DNA of 61,481 nt, filler included, from Heterodontus francisci (taxonomy: Eukaryota), in the NCBI RefSeq assembly GCF_036365525.1. It is 4 parts of 4 records of this genome, joined end to end, with 100 filler letters (N's around TTAATTAATTAA, not from the genome) between each part and the next. Parts side by side here need not be neighbours in the genome. Positions count along the whole stretch, not along the records: positions 11,399 to 27,753 come from NC_090407.1; 3 more parts are not named here. One strand, 5' to 3'. The position numbers and the translations under genes were made by a program. The notes under the pieces are model-generated. The model was not told where the DNA came from, did not search any database, and saw only the letters and a program-made list of their open reading frames with translations. This document shows, in pieces, positions 12,523-25,350 of this stretch. Each line of letters starts with the position of its first letter. Position 1 is the first letter of the stretch.

Positions 12523-14269
12523 ATTGCTTCTTTTTCTTGCCTAATCCTTCAAAGGGGCTTTACCAACCCAACCAGCCAGTCCTGATCGAGGATTATTAAT
12601 TTATCTTTCAGAGTTCTGTTTTGTATTAGTGTCACTTTAATTTGGATACTAGTAGATGGACATTAGTGGGCTGGCTATTCATCCATTTAATCCAACTTTC
12701 TTATCTCAATGCCAATCGTAGCAGTTTTCAAGGACTCTTGTCTCCCAAGATCCAAGCCTCCATTTTAAAAGCAACTTGTGTTTCCACACTGGCTTCAGTA
12801 AATGGGCCCCCCAAGCACTGTGGTCCCCAATTGCATTTAACACCTGATATCATTCTCCATCAGGCAGAGGTGGAACAGGAGAATGGGTGGCAACTCTTAG
12901 AAACTACAAGATGTGTTTCTGGTGTCACTGGCGTAAAGAAGATCAGGATGTCGATATTTCTGCAGCTCTGACTTTTTCCAGTTCTGATGAAAGGTCATGG
13001 ACCTGAAATGTTAACTCAATTTCTCTTTCGACAGATGCCACTGGCCTGCTGAGTATTTCCAGCATTTTCTGTTTTTATGTTGATAGCACTAACTGTGGCC
13101 AGCAGCAACACATTGGCATTTTTACAGCAGACTACAGCTCTTAGGCGCAAAGACTTGCTTTCTCATTCAGGTTTTGACTGCTGTCCTGTGAATTGTAAAT
13201 TGCTGGTTATGGAATATAAAAAGGAATACAGCTTTAAAGCCGATAAATAATCTATCATCATAAAAGCAAAATACTGCGGATGCTGGAAATCTGAAACAAA
13301 AACAAGAAATGCTGGAGTCACTCAGCAGGTCTGGCAGCATCTGTGGAAAGAGAAGCAGAGTTAACGTTTCAGGTCAGTGACCCTTCTTCAGTACTGACAA
13401 ATATTAGAAAAGTCACAGATTATAAACAAGTGAGGTGGGGGTGGGGCAAGAAATAACAAAGGAGAAGGTGCAGATTGGACCAGGCCACATAGCTGACCAA
13501 AAGGTCACGGAGCAAAGGCAAACAATATGTTAATGGTGTGTTGAAAGACAAAGACAAATAATCTATCATCGTTCCTTGCTGAAGTGGCAGTATTAATTCT
13601 GTTTTAAGTAACAATTTACAATTCTTATAACATGCCTCCAATAAACTGTGTAGACTGCATGGTGCTTGAAGTATTGAAACAACCAAGAATATATTAAAAT
13701 GTTGCAATGATAACGAGTCGACACTTGCATTGATGTTAGGACTTACCCACATGAAATACAGGAAATACTCCATCTTGGGTGAACGATAATTTTGGCAGCA
13801 CTTATAACCTGCTCTCCACCCTCAACAACATGCCTGTCGTACTCTCCCAATACCACCTGGTAAGACCGTCCTGCACTATGAACAAAGAACAGAATCAAAT
13901 TTAAATCACATTTGCCTCGACATACCGAATCATGGAAGAGGAAGGAAGAAAATGCTTTGATAGTGCAGTCGTACTCACGAGATACAATGGCCTGCAGTCA
14001 TAACCCAATCTGTGGAAATTAGAGTTCCACCACAAGTGTGAGAAAATGAACTGCCATATCCAACTTTCAAAGATATCTAACAATAAACAAAATTATAAAA
14101 TAGGGTTTTATTTCTCTGGAAAATATTGCCATATGCATTCTTTTCTTACCTAATGGGTGATTCGTATCAGTGATGCTTCCTTCACCTCTAGCTTCTAACC
14201 TCTCTTTGTCACAATCTTTCTTATTTTTCTTCCATTCTTCTCTATCTCAGTCGTAGCTGCAGAATCACC

Positions 14270-15310
14270 TGCAATGGCTTCTCTTCCTGCTCCCACACCG
14301 TTATCTCTGGTGTCCCTCAAGGATCTATTCTTGCCCACCTTCTATTTCTCATCTTAATGCAGCCCCTTCACGACATCATCCAAAAACACATCAGATTCCA
14401 CATGTGTGCAGATGACACCCAGCTCAATCTCAGCACTACCTTTTACGACCCCTCTTAATTTTTGCACTGCTTGTCTGACATCCAGTAATGGATGAGCAGA
14501 AATTTCCTCCAACTAAATATTGGGAAGGCTGAAGCCATTGGCTTCAGTCCCCATCATAAACTCTGTTCCCTAGTCACCAACTCCATCCTTCTCCCGGTCA
14601 ACTGTCTGAACCAGACAGTTCATAACCTTGGTATCATATTAGATCCCCAGATGAGCTTCCGACCACATATCCGCGCCTTAAGCAAGTCCACTTACTTCCA
14701 CCTCCTTAACATCACCTGACTCCACCCCGCCTCAGCTCATGTGCTGCTAAAACCCTCCTCCATGCCTTTGTTACCTCTGGACGTGACTAGTCCAAAGCTC
14801 TCCTGAATGGCCTCCCATTTTCCACCCTCCATAATCCTGAGCTCATGTAAAACTCTGTTGCCCAAACCTTAACTTGCACCAAGCGCTGTTCATCCATCAC
14901 TCTTGTGCTCGCAGACCTACATTGGCTCCCGTTTCCTGTGTGCCTCCATTTAAAAATTCTCATTTGTTTTCAAATCACTCCATAGCCTCGCCCCTCCCTA
15001 TGTCTGTAACTTCCTCTGCGCTCCTCCAATTCTGGCCTCTTGAGCATCCCTGATTTTAATTGCTCCACCATTAATGGTTGTGCTTTCAGCTGCCAGGGCC
15101 CTAAGCTCTGGAATACCCTGTCTAAGCCTCACAGCAATTCTACCTCTCTTTCCTCCTTAAGCTGCTCATTAAAATCTACCTCTTTGACCAAGCTTTTGGT
15201 CGCCCGCACTAATATTTCCTTAAGCAGCTTGGTATCAAATTTTGTTTGATAACTCTCCTTTGAATCATCTTGGGATATTTCACTATATTAAAGGAGCTAT
15301 ATAAATGCAA
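14270..15310 (+). mobile_element. Degenerate L2 LINE (RT C-terminal half and 3' end)
   Basis: SGVPQGSIL, (Y>C)ADDTQL, WMSRNFLQLNIGKAE, NLGIILD and AFSCQGPKLWN motifs, with stops and frameshifts. Confidence 0.85.
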
Positions 15311-15384
15311 GTTGGTGTTGTTATTTGCCCCTCTCTAGTAATTGCTTCTTTGCACTTTCTCCTCTTGTTTCTCCCAGCGTCTTC

Positions 15385-15735
15385 AGCCGGCCCAATTAGT
15401 AGCAGTCTTGCTTCTGAGGCAGAGGTGCCGGGTTCAAGCCCCATTCCAGGACCTGAATATATAATCTTGGTTGACACACACATGGATGCTGCTCTTTGGG
15501 TGAATGTGAGGTAATGTCTGCCTGTTCCATTAGCTGTAAAACATCCCATGGCAGTAAGCGTGAAGAGTAAGGTGCTGTCCTGATGCTCTGACTTATAACT
15601 TCCTCAGGCACCAACACGATTAACTAATCAACTGATTTGTGTGACCTTGCTGTGTGCAAATTGGTTTTTGCATTTTCCCATATAACAAAAGTAATTTATT
15701 CGTTGTGAAGCACTTTGAGACATCTTGAGGATGTA
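15385..15735 (+). mobile_element. tRNA-headed SINE (Deu/AmnSINE-like), degenerate
   Basis: B-box-like GGTTCAAGCCC at ~15431; body GACCTTGCTGTGTGCAAATTGG; tail AAGCACTTTGAGACATCTTGAGG. Confidence 0.6.
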
Positions 15736-16014
15736 CTTTATAACTGCTTGTTCTTTCTGCCTTTCCTAAGCTCCAAATACAGTATTGTACTTTTCCTCCT
15801 CCCTTCATGCACACTGTTGAAATTAAAACTAGTGACACATTTCCTTCCTTAACTGAATCTTTCCCAGAACCTCCCATTTGTGGAACTCATTGTCTCTCTC
15901 AGTTTCCCCTTCCTTTAACTACCTACAGACTTTTAAAACTCAAACTTGACAGTCATCTAACCATTACTGATAAATTCATCTCACCTTCTCCCCTACTCTG
16001 TTCAACCTTCAAAC

Positions 16015-16330
16015 AAACATACGAATTAGGAGCAGGAGTAGGCCATTCAGCCGCTTCGTGCCTGCTCCGCCATTTAATAAGATCATGGCTGATCTGATTG
16101 TGGCCTCAACTCCATTTTCCTGCCTACCCCCCCCCCCCCCCCCCCCGATACCCTTTGACTCCCTTGTTAGTCAAGAATTTATCCACCTCTGGCTTAAAAA
16201 TATTCAATGACCCTGTCTCCACCACTCTCTGTGGAAGAGTGTTCCAAAGACTCTCAACCCTCTGAGAGAAAGAATTTTTCCTCATCTCCGTCCTAAATGG
16301 GTGACCCATTATTTTAAACAGTGTCCCTTA
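16015..16330 (-). mobile_element. CR1 LINE 3' end fragment
   Basis: FRTEMRKNSFSQRVESLWNTLPQRVVE..FK.EVDKFL peptide plus a CR1 3' UTR (GAATGGCCTACTCCTGCTCCT). Confidence 0.85.
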
Positions 16331-16474
16331 GGCTGCCTGTGCGCTTCTAGGTTTCTCAATGAAAGGAAAACACTGAAAGATTTTGTAACACAAACAGAAA
16401 GCACTGGAAACCCACAGCGGGACAGTTGGCATCTATGGAGACAATTCTGTCCTTTCCATAAACAGTGACTGACC

Positions 16475-16826
16475 TTAGTTTAGTTTAGAGATACAGCACT
16501 GAAACAGGCCCTTCGGCCCACCGAGTCTGTGCCGACCATCAACCACCCATTTATACTAATCCTACACTAATCCCATATTCCTACCACATTCCCACCTGTC
16601 CCTATATTTCCCTACCACCTACCTATACTAGGGGCAATTTATAATGGCCAATTTACCTACCAACCTGCAAGTCTTTTGGCTTGTGGGAGGAAACCGGAGC
16701 ACCCGGAGAAAACCCATGCAGACACAGGGAGAACTTGCAAACTCCACACAGGCAGTACCCGGAATTGAACCCGGGTCGCTGGAGCTGTGAGGCTGCGGTG
16801 CTAACCACTGCGCCACTGTGCCGCCC
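16475..16826 (-). mobile_element. Full-length V-SINE (HE1-type elasmobranch SINE)
   Basis: tRNA head GGCGGCACAGTGGCGCAGTGGTTAGC..GGGTTCAATTCC; V-domain GGGTTTTCTCCGGGTGCTCCGGTTTCCTCCCAC; CR1-like tail GGGCCGAAGGGCCTGTTTCAGTGCTGTATCTCTAAACTAAACTAA. Confidence 0.85.
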
Positions 16827-18177
16827 TTCTGTGCATCTTCAGTATTTTCTGTTTTTTGTTTTCGATTTCTAGCATCCGCCGCATTTGGGCTTTACTTGAT
16901 AAAGTTCTGTGTTGACCTACCTGCCACGGCCAGCTGTAAGGCCTCGCATCAACTCCATTCACCACCTTTGAGGAATATGGAGGGTAGCTGGTCTGCCCAC
17001 AGCCATAAGCTGAAATTACAGGAACCAGAGGCTAACTGTTCATTCTAGTCAATGTAGCGTGCAGATAGTTTTTAAATTGCATATGTAGATTAGGTATTCC
17101 AAATATCTGCTTCCAAGTACAGTGATACTACATTACACATTACATTACATAGCATTTACAGCACAGAAACAGGCCATTCGGCCCAACATTTCCATGCTGG
17201 TGTTTATGCTCCAAACAAGCCTCCTCCCACCTTACTTCATCGCACCCTGTCAACCTATCCTTCTATTCCTTTCTCCAATTTTAATATCGTTTAAAAAATT
17301 ATATCATTTTTTTGTGCTTATCACAGTGAGGGATGTCAGTGTTGGGAAAGGATAATGTGTCTCACAGTCTCTGACTGTCCATGTAGTGCTTTCTCTCAAA
17401 AGAATGTGTCACTTGGGTGAGATACCAGTGGGTTGCTTGGACTGGTGGAACCATACCTTTCCAGCAATTAACAGGGGGTAATTTAGACTTTGTGCGATAG
17501 TATAAAATGGTGATAATGAGTCGGCAGGCAGTTTTATATCTTTCCTCACTTTTATTTTGATTGACTTCTCTGTAGGTGACAATCAGGAGAGGTATAAAGT
17601 GGGCTGCCAATTTGCTATCATTGTTATACACCATCGCACAAATTCCTCCCAACGTCTGCATGAAGGGGAAAGGTGTGAAAAAATATATCTTAAAAACTGT
17701 ATGGAAAGATTAAATCACTGACTGGTCCTTTGTTTTTCTTGTCATGTGAATGAAAGTTAGATACGACTGTAGCCTGATGTGTTGAAAATCTGCCTCACAA
17801 ATCCTTGAGGGCCAGGTTTCTCTGCAATCCCTATTTTTAGCAATAAAATAGATTTGAGTATAAAGCAGTGAACTCCCTTTTATACTTACCAATTTGTTCA
17901 CCAGTGAATATAGACCTTTGTGTTTTTCAATAGATATATCTTCAACCATGAACACTGCTACAATACATAAGTAGTCAAAATGGCAAAGTTTCTCAATCAC
18001 TCAGCGGGTAATCACAATGAACTGTGCAGACCCGAAGGCTTAAAATTCAATTTCCAGTCTGTGCTGTTCGAGCTGATCTCAGTCAAGGCAATGGTAAGGG
18101 GCTGCTGTAAACAACCACAGCAACTTTTGGCTAGGGATGGAAGGAGTAGGGGCTCCTCTATCAATTTTTGATCTACT

Positions 18178-18460
18178 CTATCAAAAGCCTTCCTGATGTT
18201 GAACACCTCTGTTAAATCTCTCATTAACCTTCTCTGCCCTAAGGAGAACAATCCTAGCTTTTCTAGTCACCCCATATAACTCAAGTCCCTCATTTCTGGT
18301 ACCATTCTGGTAAATCTCCTCTGCACCTTTTCCAAAACCTTGGCATCCTCCCCAAAGTGTGATGCCCATAATTGGGCACAATATTCCACCTGAGGCCTAA
18401 TGAGTGATTTTATAAAAGTTGAGCAGATCTTCTCTGTGTTTGTACTTGATGCCTCTATTT
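18178..18460 (-). mobile_element. CR1 LINE fragment
   Basis: LFSLGQRRLMRDLTEVFNIRKAFDRVD peptide typical of the CR1 ORF2 C-terminus. Confidence 0.75.
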
Positions 18461-19739
18461 ATACACATTTCTGGAGTTCGATATATTGCTTGAATGGAGG
18501 GCATTTTCTAGTAACTTACCACTGGCTGCAAGTAGTGCAATGAGGAGCAGTTGGTACATCATCTCTCTGTGTTGCTGTGTAGCTGAGACAGCCGCCAATG
18601 GATTTGGACCTTTATATGCCTTGCCAGCTGCTAGTTTTTGGATGCTGCAGCTATTTTAATAATGTCGCTATCTGCTAAAATCCCCACTCCAAGTAGGAAA
18701 GTAAACAATTAAATATCTTTGTGTCAAGGTTGCGCTGTTTATATGGCCGAAAAAACTTTCCATGGTGTGCAAGTGCAGCCGCCACCTGTCACAAGAGCAT
18801 TCACACACATGGTCACTCCCTGTCAGGGGGAATTAATGGCTAAGAGAAAGCTCCCCAAATGTTTCCACTGATTAATTCATTGCTTAGGTTGGGGCTGAGC
18901 CAAACTGACCAGAAGGTTTCAGGTTTGATCCCTGGTTAGTGCTCAGTTAGCTGAACTTAACCTGGTGACTGCACTTTGGAAGGTGTAATTATACTCACTG
19001 GGGTAGATTTTGACTTCGGGGAATGGTGTAACATGAAGGATAGCGAATCAGCATCCTGTTTTACATCCTTCCCAAAGTCAATTGAAGACATTGCAATAGG
19101 AAGGGTGAAAAATCAGCCGGGGGTCTTGCTCCTGAACTCCTGAACAAGGTCGTCTGTGATGCATTCTGAACCCTCGTGACCAAATAGCCTGATTCATGCA
19201 CGAAGAGCAATCACTTTGAGGTTCAGAGGCACTGCTGTCCTCCCCCAAATCAGAAAACTCTGCAAAGAAAGGGGACTGAACCCAGCACTGCCCTCTATAT
19301 GGTTGATGAACACCACACACCAGAGTACACATTTCTACAAAACATTGAGCTATATAGTTTAAAATGCTTGTGCAAGAAAGTTATGTCATGCAGTCATTTA
19401 ATAAGTTCTCAACCATGATGACAATCTTGATATTGAGTTAGAATACAGGTGCAAAACCTCAAGAGGCAGCTGGTTTTGTTCCTATATATGTACCTATGTT
19501 TACATAGGAACATCTGTTCAATTCAAGAGTCTCTGTAGATTTGAGGGACACTGCCTCACACAGAGGCTTGAAGAAGTGTTTTACTGGTTAAAGCAAGCCC
19601 AAATGATTACATATAGAATCACTTACACAGACAAGCAATATACATGTTGGATTAAACAGACTCATTGTGTGTCCTTTGATATCGAGGAAGACAGCCAGAA
19701 TATCGTCCCATTTTCTGCACTAAGTTCTTTGGTGACTCA

Positions 19740-20820
19740 TGAGAGCTACTTTTGTTGGGAATCAGTGTCCACAGATTGAACACTGGATCCCGGATACACC
19801 AGTTTAGAGATCTTGATTTTCCAGGCGAGACTTCCTCAGCTGGCATTTCCATTCAGAATCAGCAATGCAACTCACCTCATAGCAGGGCATGCTTTCATGA
19901 ACAGTTTCTCACCTTCTTTTCCTGAGCAGGTGGTTCCTACCTATAGACATCTATTTTGCACTGTATCAGAGTCGCTTTTAAGCAGTCTTTTTCTCTGGTT
20001 TGTGCTCCACCACAAAATCACTTCCCAGTTGTCAATGGTCCAGAAAAGATCTTCAGGATTGTGGTATTGTTCATTCACACCAAATGACCTGACCACCGTA
20101 GGCATGCCTTCATAGAGAATCCATGCTCTGTCAGTGTTTTTTAAGAACTTTGGTGCCAGGGATCTTGTCTTGCATCTGATCTTTAATATTCATCTTAGGC
20201 AGCTTAGGCCAAAAGTGATTCAGCTTCTTAATGTGGCACAAATTTGTGCAAGTCTCACAGGCATAAGGCAGTGTTATCAGTACATGGTGAGCTTGGTCTG
20301 CAGACTGATGCCTCTCTTGTCCCAGAATTGCTCATGGAGTTTGCCAATAGCTAAGCTGGCTTTGGAGATTCTGCAGGATGTTTCTGTATCAATATTGATT
20401 CTTTAGACAGGATTCTACCCAGGTGTTAAACAAGGATGCATCATTGCACCATGGCTGTTCAGCATTTTGTTTGTTGCTGTGCTTCTCTTGGTTCGCAATA
20501 ATTTTGAAATAGGAGTCAAGATCATATTCAGGATTGATGGACAGTTCTTCAACCTTAGAAGATTACAAGGTAAAACAAAGGTGCTGGATGAAATTGTAGG
20601 TGAATTCCTTTTTGCTTGTAGCCCACTCCCAAGGATGATATGCAAACAATCATGAACCGCCTTGCAACAGATTGCAATCTTGCCATCAGCCTTAAAAGAA
20701 ATTATGGTACTTGTCCAACCAGCCCTAGGCAAGCTCTACATTCTACTAATAATTACTATAAGTGATTACAGGTTTCTGGTCATGGACAGATTTACCTACC
20801 TGGGTAGCACCCTGTCCATA
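19740..20820. mobile_element. Degenerate RTE-clade LINE with inverted 5' part (19740-20400 minus; 20410-20820 plus)
   Basis: Plus strand: GVKQGCIIAPWLFSILF..DGQFFNLRRLQGKTKV..FTYLGSTLS. Minus strand: IDTETSCRISKASLAIGKL..WDKRGISLQTKL. Confidence 0.75.
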
Positions 20821-21300
20821 TTGTAAACAACATATTATAGTACCAGAGTATCTGGAGATAGTTTGTAAAGGGTTAACTAAATGAACTAGAGCAACAAATC
20901 TCTTTGTAATACTTCTTGCATATCTCATGGTATGAAGTGCTTCTCAGAAAGAAGTGTGCAATTTTGTCTCAGCATAAACAGGATATGGTCTTTAGGGGAT
21001 TGTGTAAGAGTTAAATTGTGGGGTATTTCTTCACATCTCACAGCAAAATGGCCAAACTACCCAACAAACAAAACATCCTGTTCTACTTTTACTAATAATT
21101 CCTTTGAAGAACTGGCACTTTCTTTGAAATTCAGTCTGAGCAAAGTTGATCGGCTGAATGACACAATTGATACTTACAACCCTTAGGTACAAAATGCACA
21201 TGGGATATCAATGAAGACCTTAAATATGCAATGGGGAAAATATTCATTCAGACCCAAAGAGGCGGATGCAGGAGACTCAGTGAACAAATCCGCCTCTGAA

Positions 21301-23571
21301 TTTTTTTTTATTTCCAAAATATACTTTATTCATAAAAATCTGCAAAAATTACATTGCCAAACAGTTTCAAACAGCACCAAAAAATACAAACATTGCAAGG
21401 GAGATCAGTTTCCTTCAATACTATCATGAGTTTCTTCACAACCTTCCATTTCACTATTGTCATGCTAATTACAGTTTTACATTTACAGCAAATGAAAATA
21501 TCAACGATACAGTTCGAGGGGTTACCCATGGATCCAGCCCCTCAGTCCAGCTTGGTGGGGGTCCTTATACTGTGGTCTTTCCCCATTGAGCCTTTGCTGC
21601 GGCTGCCCCAAGCTTTAGTGCGTCCCTCAGCACGTAGTCCTGGACCTTGGAATGTGCCAATCTGCAACATTCGGTGGTGGACAACTCTTTGCGCTGGAAG
21701 ACCAGCAAGTTTCGGGCAGACCAAAGGGCGTCTTTCACCGAATTGATAGTCCTCCAGCAGCAGTTGATGTTTGTCTCGGTGTGCGTCCCTGGGAACAGCC
21801 CTTAGAGCACAGACTCCTGTGTTACAGAGCTGCTTGGGATGAACCTCGACAAAAACCACTGCATCTCTTTCCACACCTGCTTTGCAAAGACACATTCCAG
21901 GAGGGGGTGGGCAACCGTCTCTTCCCCACCACAGCCAACGCAGGGGTACTGTGCGGAGGGGGCGAGACTTCGAGTGTGCATGAAGGATCTGACGGGAAGG
22001 GCCCTTCTCACCACCAGCCAAGCTACGTCTTGGTGCTTGTTTGAAAGTTTTGGTGATGAGGCATTCTGCCAAATGACTTTGACAGTCTGCTCAGGGAACC
22101 ATCCGACAGCATCCACCGTCTCCTTTTCCCGTAGGGCCTTGAGGACATTCCGTGCAGACCACTGCCTGATGGACCGGTGGTCAAAGGTGTTTTCCCGCAG
22201 AAACTGCTCCACGAAGGATAGATGGTATGGCACGGCCCAACTGCATGGAGCGTTCCGCGGCAATGTGGCCAAGCCCATCCTTCGCAACACCGGGGACAGA
22301 TAGAACCTCAGCATGTAGTGACACTTGGAGTTTGCGTAATGGAGGTCTACACACAGCTTGATGCAGCAGCACACGAAGGTGGTCATCAGGATGAGGGCCA
22401 CGTTGGGTACATTTTTCCCGCCCTTGTCCAGAGATTTGAACATCGTGTCCCTCCGGACCCAGTCCATTTTAGATCCCCAGATGAAGCGGAAAATGGCTCG
22501 GGTGACTGCCACTGCGCAGGAGTGGGGTATAGGCCAGACCTGCGCCACGTACAGCAACAACGTGAGCGCCTCGCACCTGATGACCAGGTTCTTACCCATA
22601 ATGGAGTGAGATCGCTGCTCCCACATGCCCAACTTTTGTCGTACCTTGGCTACTTGCTCCTCCCATGTTTTGGTGCACGCCCCGGCCCTTCCGAACCATA
22701 TCCCCAGCACCTTCAGGTAATCTGACCTGACGGTGAAGGGGACAAAGGATCGGTCAGCCCAGTTCCCAAAGAACATGGCCTCGCTCTTGCCGTGGTTAAC
22801 TTTGGCTCCCGAGGCCAGTTCGAACTAGTCGCAGATGCTCATCAGTCTGCGCATGGACAGCGGATCCGAGCAGAAGACGGCGACGTCATCCATGTACAGG
22901 GAGGTTTTAACCTGAGTGCCTCCGCTGCCTGGGATTGTCACCCCTCTTATGCTCGCATCCTTCCTAATAGACTCAGCAAAGGGTTCAATACAGCAAACAA
23001 ACAAGACAGGGGAGAGAGGACAGCCCTGTCTGACTCCAGATTTGATCGGGAAACTTTCCGGTTCCCACCCGTTGATTGAGACTGCGCTACTGATGTTTGT
23101 GTAGAGCAGTTGGATCCAATTGCAGATTCCCTCCCCAAACCCCATTTTGGAAAGCACGTCCATCATGTAGGTGTGCGATATCCTGTCAAAAGCCTTCTCC
23201 TGGTCCAGGCTGATGAGGCAGGTGTCCACCCTCCTGTCCCGTACGTAGGCGATCGTATCCCTGAGTAGCGCGAGACTATCAGAGATCTTCCTGCCGGGTA
23301 CAGTACAGGTCTGATCGGGGTGAATCACCAACTCCAGAGCAGATTTGACTCAACTGGCTATGACTTTGGACAGAATCTTGTAGTCAACATTAAGCAGTGA
23401 GATGGGCCGCCAATTTCTGATTTCTGCCCTCTCCCCCTTCTGCTTGTAAATGAGGGTGATGATGCCTTTCCTCATGGATTCTGCCATGCTGCCGGCCAGG
23501 AGCATACTCTCGTATACTTCCAGCAGGTCCGGGCCGACCCAGTCCCACAGGCCCGAGTACAACTTGACGGT
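21301..23571 (-). mobile_element. 5'-truncated Tx1/L1-clade non-LTR retrotransposon (ORF2 RT + zf-RVT), pseudogenised
   Basis: NWRPISLLNVDYKIL, LDQEKAFDR, SGVRQGCPLSP, YMDD and a C-terminal zinc-finger-like motif. The frame is broken by in-frame stops at 23350, 22825 and 21802, with no frameshift. AATAAA and a poly(A) at 21301-21330. Confidence 0.92.
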
Positions 23572-24444
23572 AGGCATGCCTAACATTAGGCCTTGAACCT
23601 CAGTGCCATCAACTGGCAAGCTGCAGATACCTAATGGGCATTCCCAGGCATCTTTCTGGTGAAGAGGCCTCAATGCTGACCAGTTTCCAAGAGGGGTCCT
23701 TATGCAGGCCTTTGGGCTCTCCATTAGCAAATGAGGGATCTAGCACCGGTTTAAGGCAGCTTCCAGGAATTCCCGAGTCAAAATGACATTGGATGTATTA
23801 ACTATGCAAATTTGGAACATTTCACACCTGATAAATGGGTGGTGTGAGGTCCAAATCCTTCCCCTCTTTGTTAAATTCTCTTTGGTTGTGACTGGTATAG
23901 CCGAGCAATTGATTTCTGTAACCTTTTTTACTCTCTGACTTAAATATACTTGGTACTTCTAAAGGCATTGTTCTACGTTTGCCAGGGAGGGACTACCACA
24001 GAAGGTTAGTGAAGACAATGGGAATATTTTACAAACAGAGATAAGCATGCCGCTTCATTGTACAAGTTGTCTGGGATTAAGATGGCTGAGAGATAAGCCA
24101 CCTAGTTCAGATAGTCACTTGTGTAAAGGAGGATTCGAGGGAACAGATAACCCAGCCGCCAAAGGGCTCATCAACTCAACACCCCAGAAGCAAATACCAA
24201 CACCCCAAGGGAAGAAGATCAAATCAACCACTCCACTCGTAAGCACAGAGTTGTATAAGCTCTGGAAACATTGTTCAGCACCTGCTTATAGACTCTACAC
24301 TTTTTAATAGACTAGCTAACCAATGCTATTAACTTGTCAGATATCTAAGGATCTCAGTTACAATTTAATAATCAGCTATCCCGTTAATTCTGAATTACGG
24401 TGACACTGTTGAGTTTCCTTTCCAACCTCTGTTACGCAACAAGA

Positions 24445-24832
24445 GCAATAACAACTTGCATTTTTATAGTGCCTTTCAGGGCCGCTGCAAGTCTCAAAAC
24501 ACTTTACAGCCACAAAGTACTTTTTGAAGTGTAGTCACTTTGACATGCAAGAACAGCAGCAGCCAGTATGTGTTCAGCAAACACCCACAAACAGCAATGC
24601 GATAATGATCAGATAATCTGTTCTTGTGATGTTGATTGAGGGATGAATATTGGCCAGGACACAGGGGAGAACTCCCCTGCTTTTCTTCAAAACAGTGCCA
24701 TGGTATCTTTTACATCCACCCAAGCAAGTAGATGGGACCTCAGTTTAATGTCTCATCTGAAAGACAGCATCTATGACAGTGTAGTACTCCCTCAGTACTG
24801 TACTAGAGTGTCAGCCTTGATGGACTTGAACT
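24445..24832 (-). mobile_element. SINE (Deu/AmnSINE-like), degenerate
   Basis: Contains GCTGACACTCTAGTACAGTACTGAGGGAGTACTACACTGTC..TTTCAGATGAGACATTAAAC and CCTGGCCAATATTCATCCCTCAATCAACATCAC. Confidence 0.7.
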
Positions 24833-24835
24833 GAG

Positions 24836-25350
24836 AAAGAGAATTTTAAAACAGAGGCATTCAGGGACTGGGAGCTAATGCTGGTTAACGAGCATAGGGA
24901 TAATGGATAAATAGAATTTGGTGTGAATTAGGATACATGCAACAGAGTTTTGAATGAGCCAGGAACGCAGTGGAATGGTCAAGTCTGGAGGGTGCATGGA
25001 TGTGTGTTTCAGCAGCAGATAGACTGAGGGAGGGGTGGAGATGGGTGACATTATAGAGGTGGAGATAAGTAGTCTTGGTAATGGAGAGAATATCAGGTCA
25101 GACCCTCAGCTCAGGGTCACATAGGCCATTGTTGCGAACAGTCTGATTCAGATGAGACATTGGCCAGGGACTGGGCTGGAATCAGTGTCTCGGGAAAGGA
25201 GTTTGCAGTGGGGGCTGAAGACAATGACTTCAGTCTCCCTGATGTTTAACTGGAGAAAGTTTTGGCTCATTCAGGACTGAGCAGTGGAGGAATCGAGAGA
25301 GGTGGTGGTGAGATAGAGCTGGGTATAATCATCATACATGTGGAACCAGA
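24836..25350 (-). mobile_element. L2 LINE fragment
   Basis: Minus strand shows NFLQLNIRETEVIVF- and TYLHLYN-like L2 motifs, homologous to 14490-14930. Confidence 0.65.

Noticed and set aside
17576-17671. Possible internal exon after TTCTCTGTAG
   Set aside because: Translations are unrecognisable and the donor is weak.
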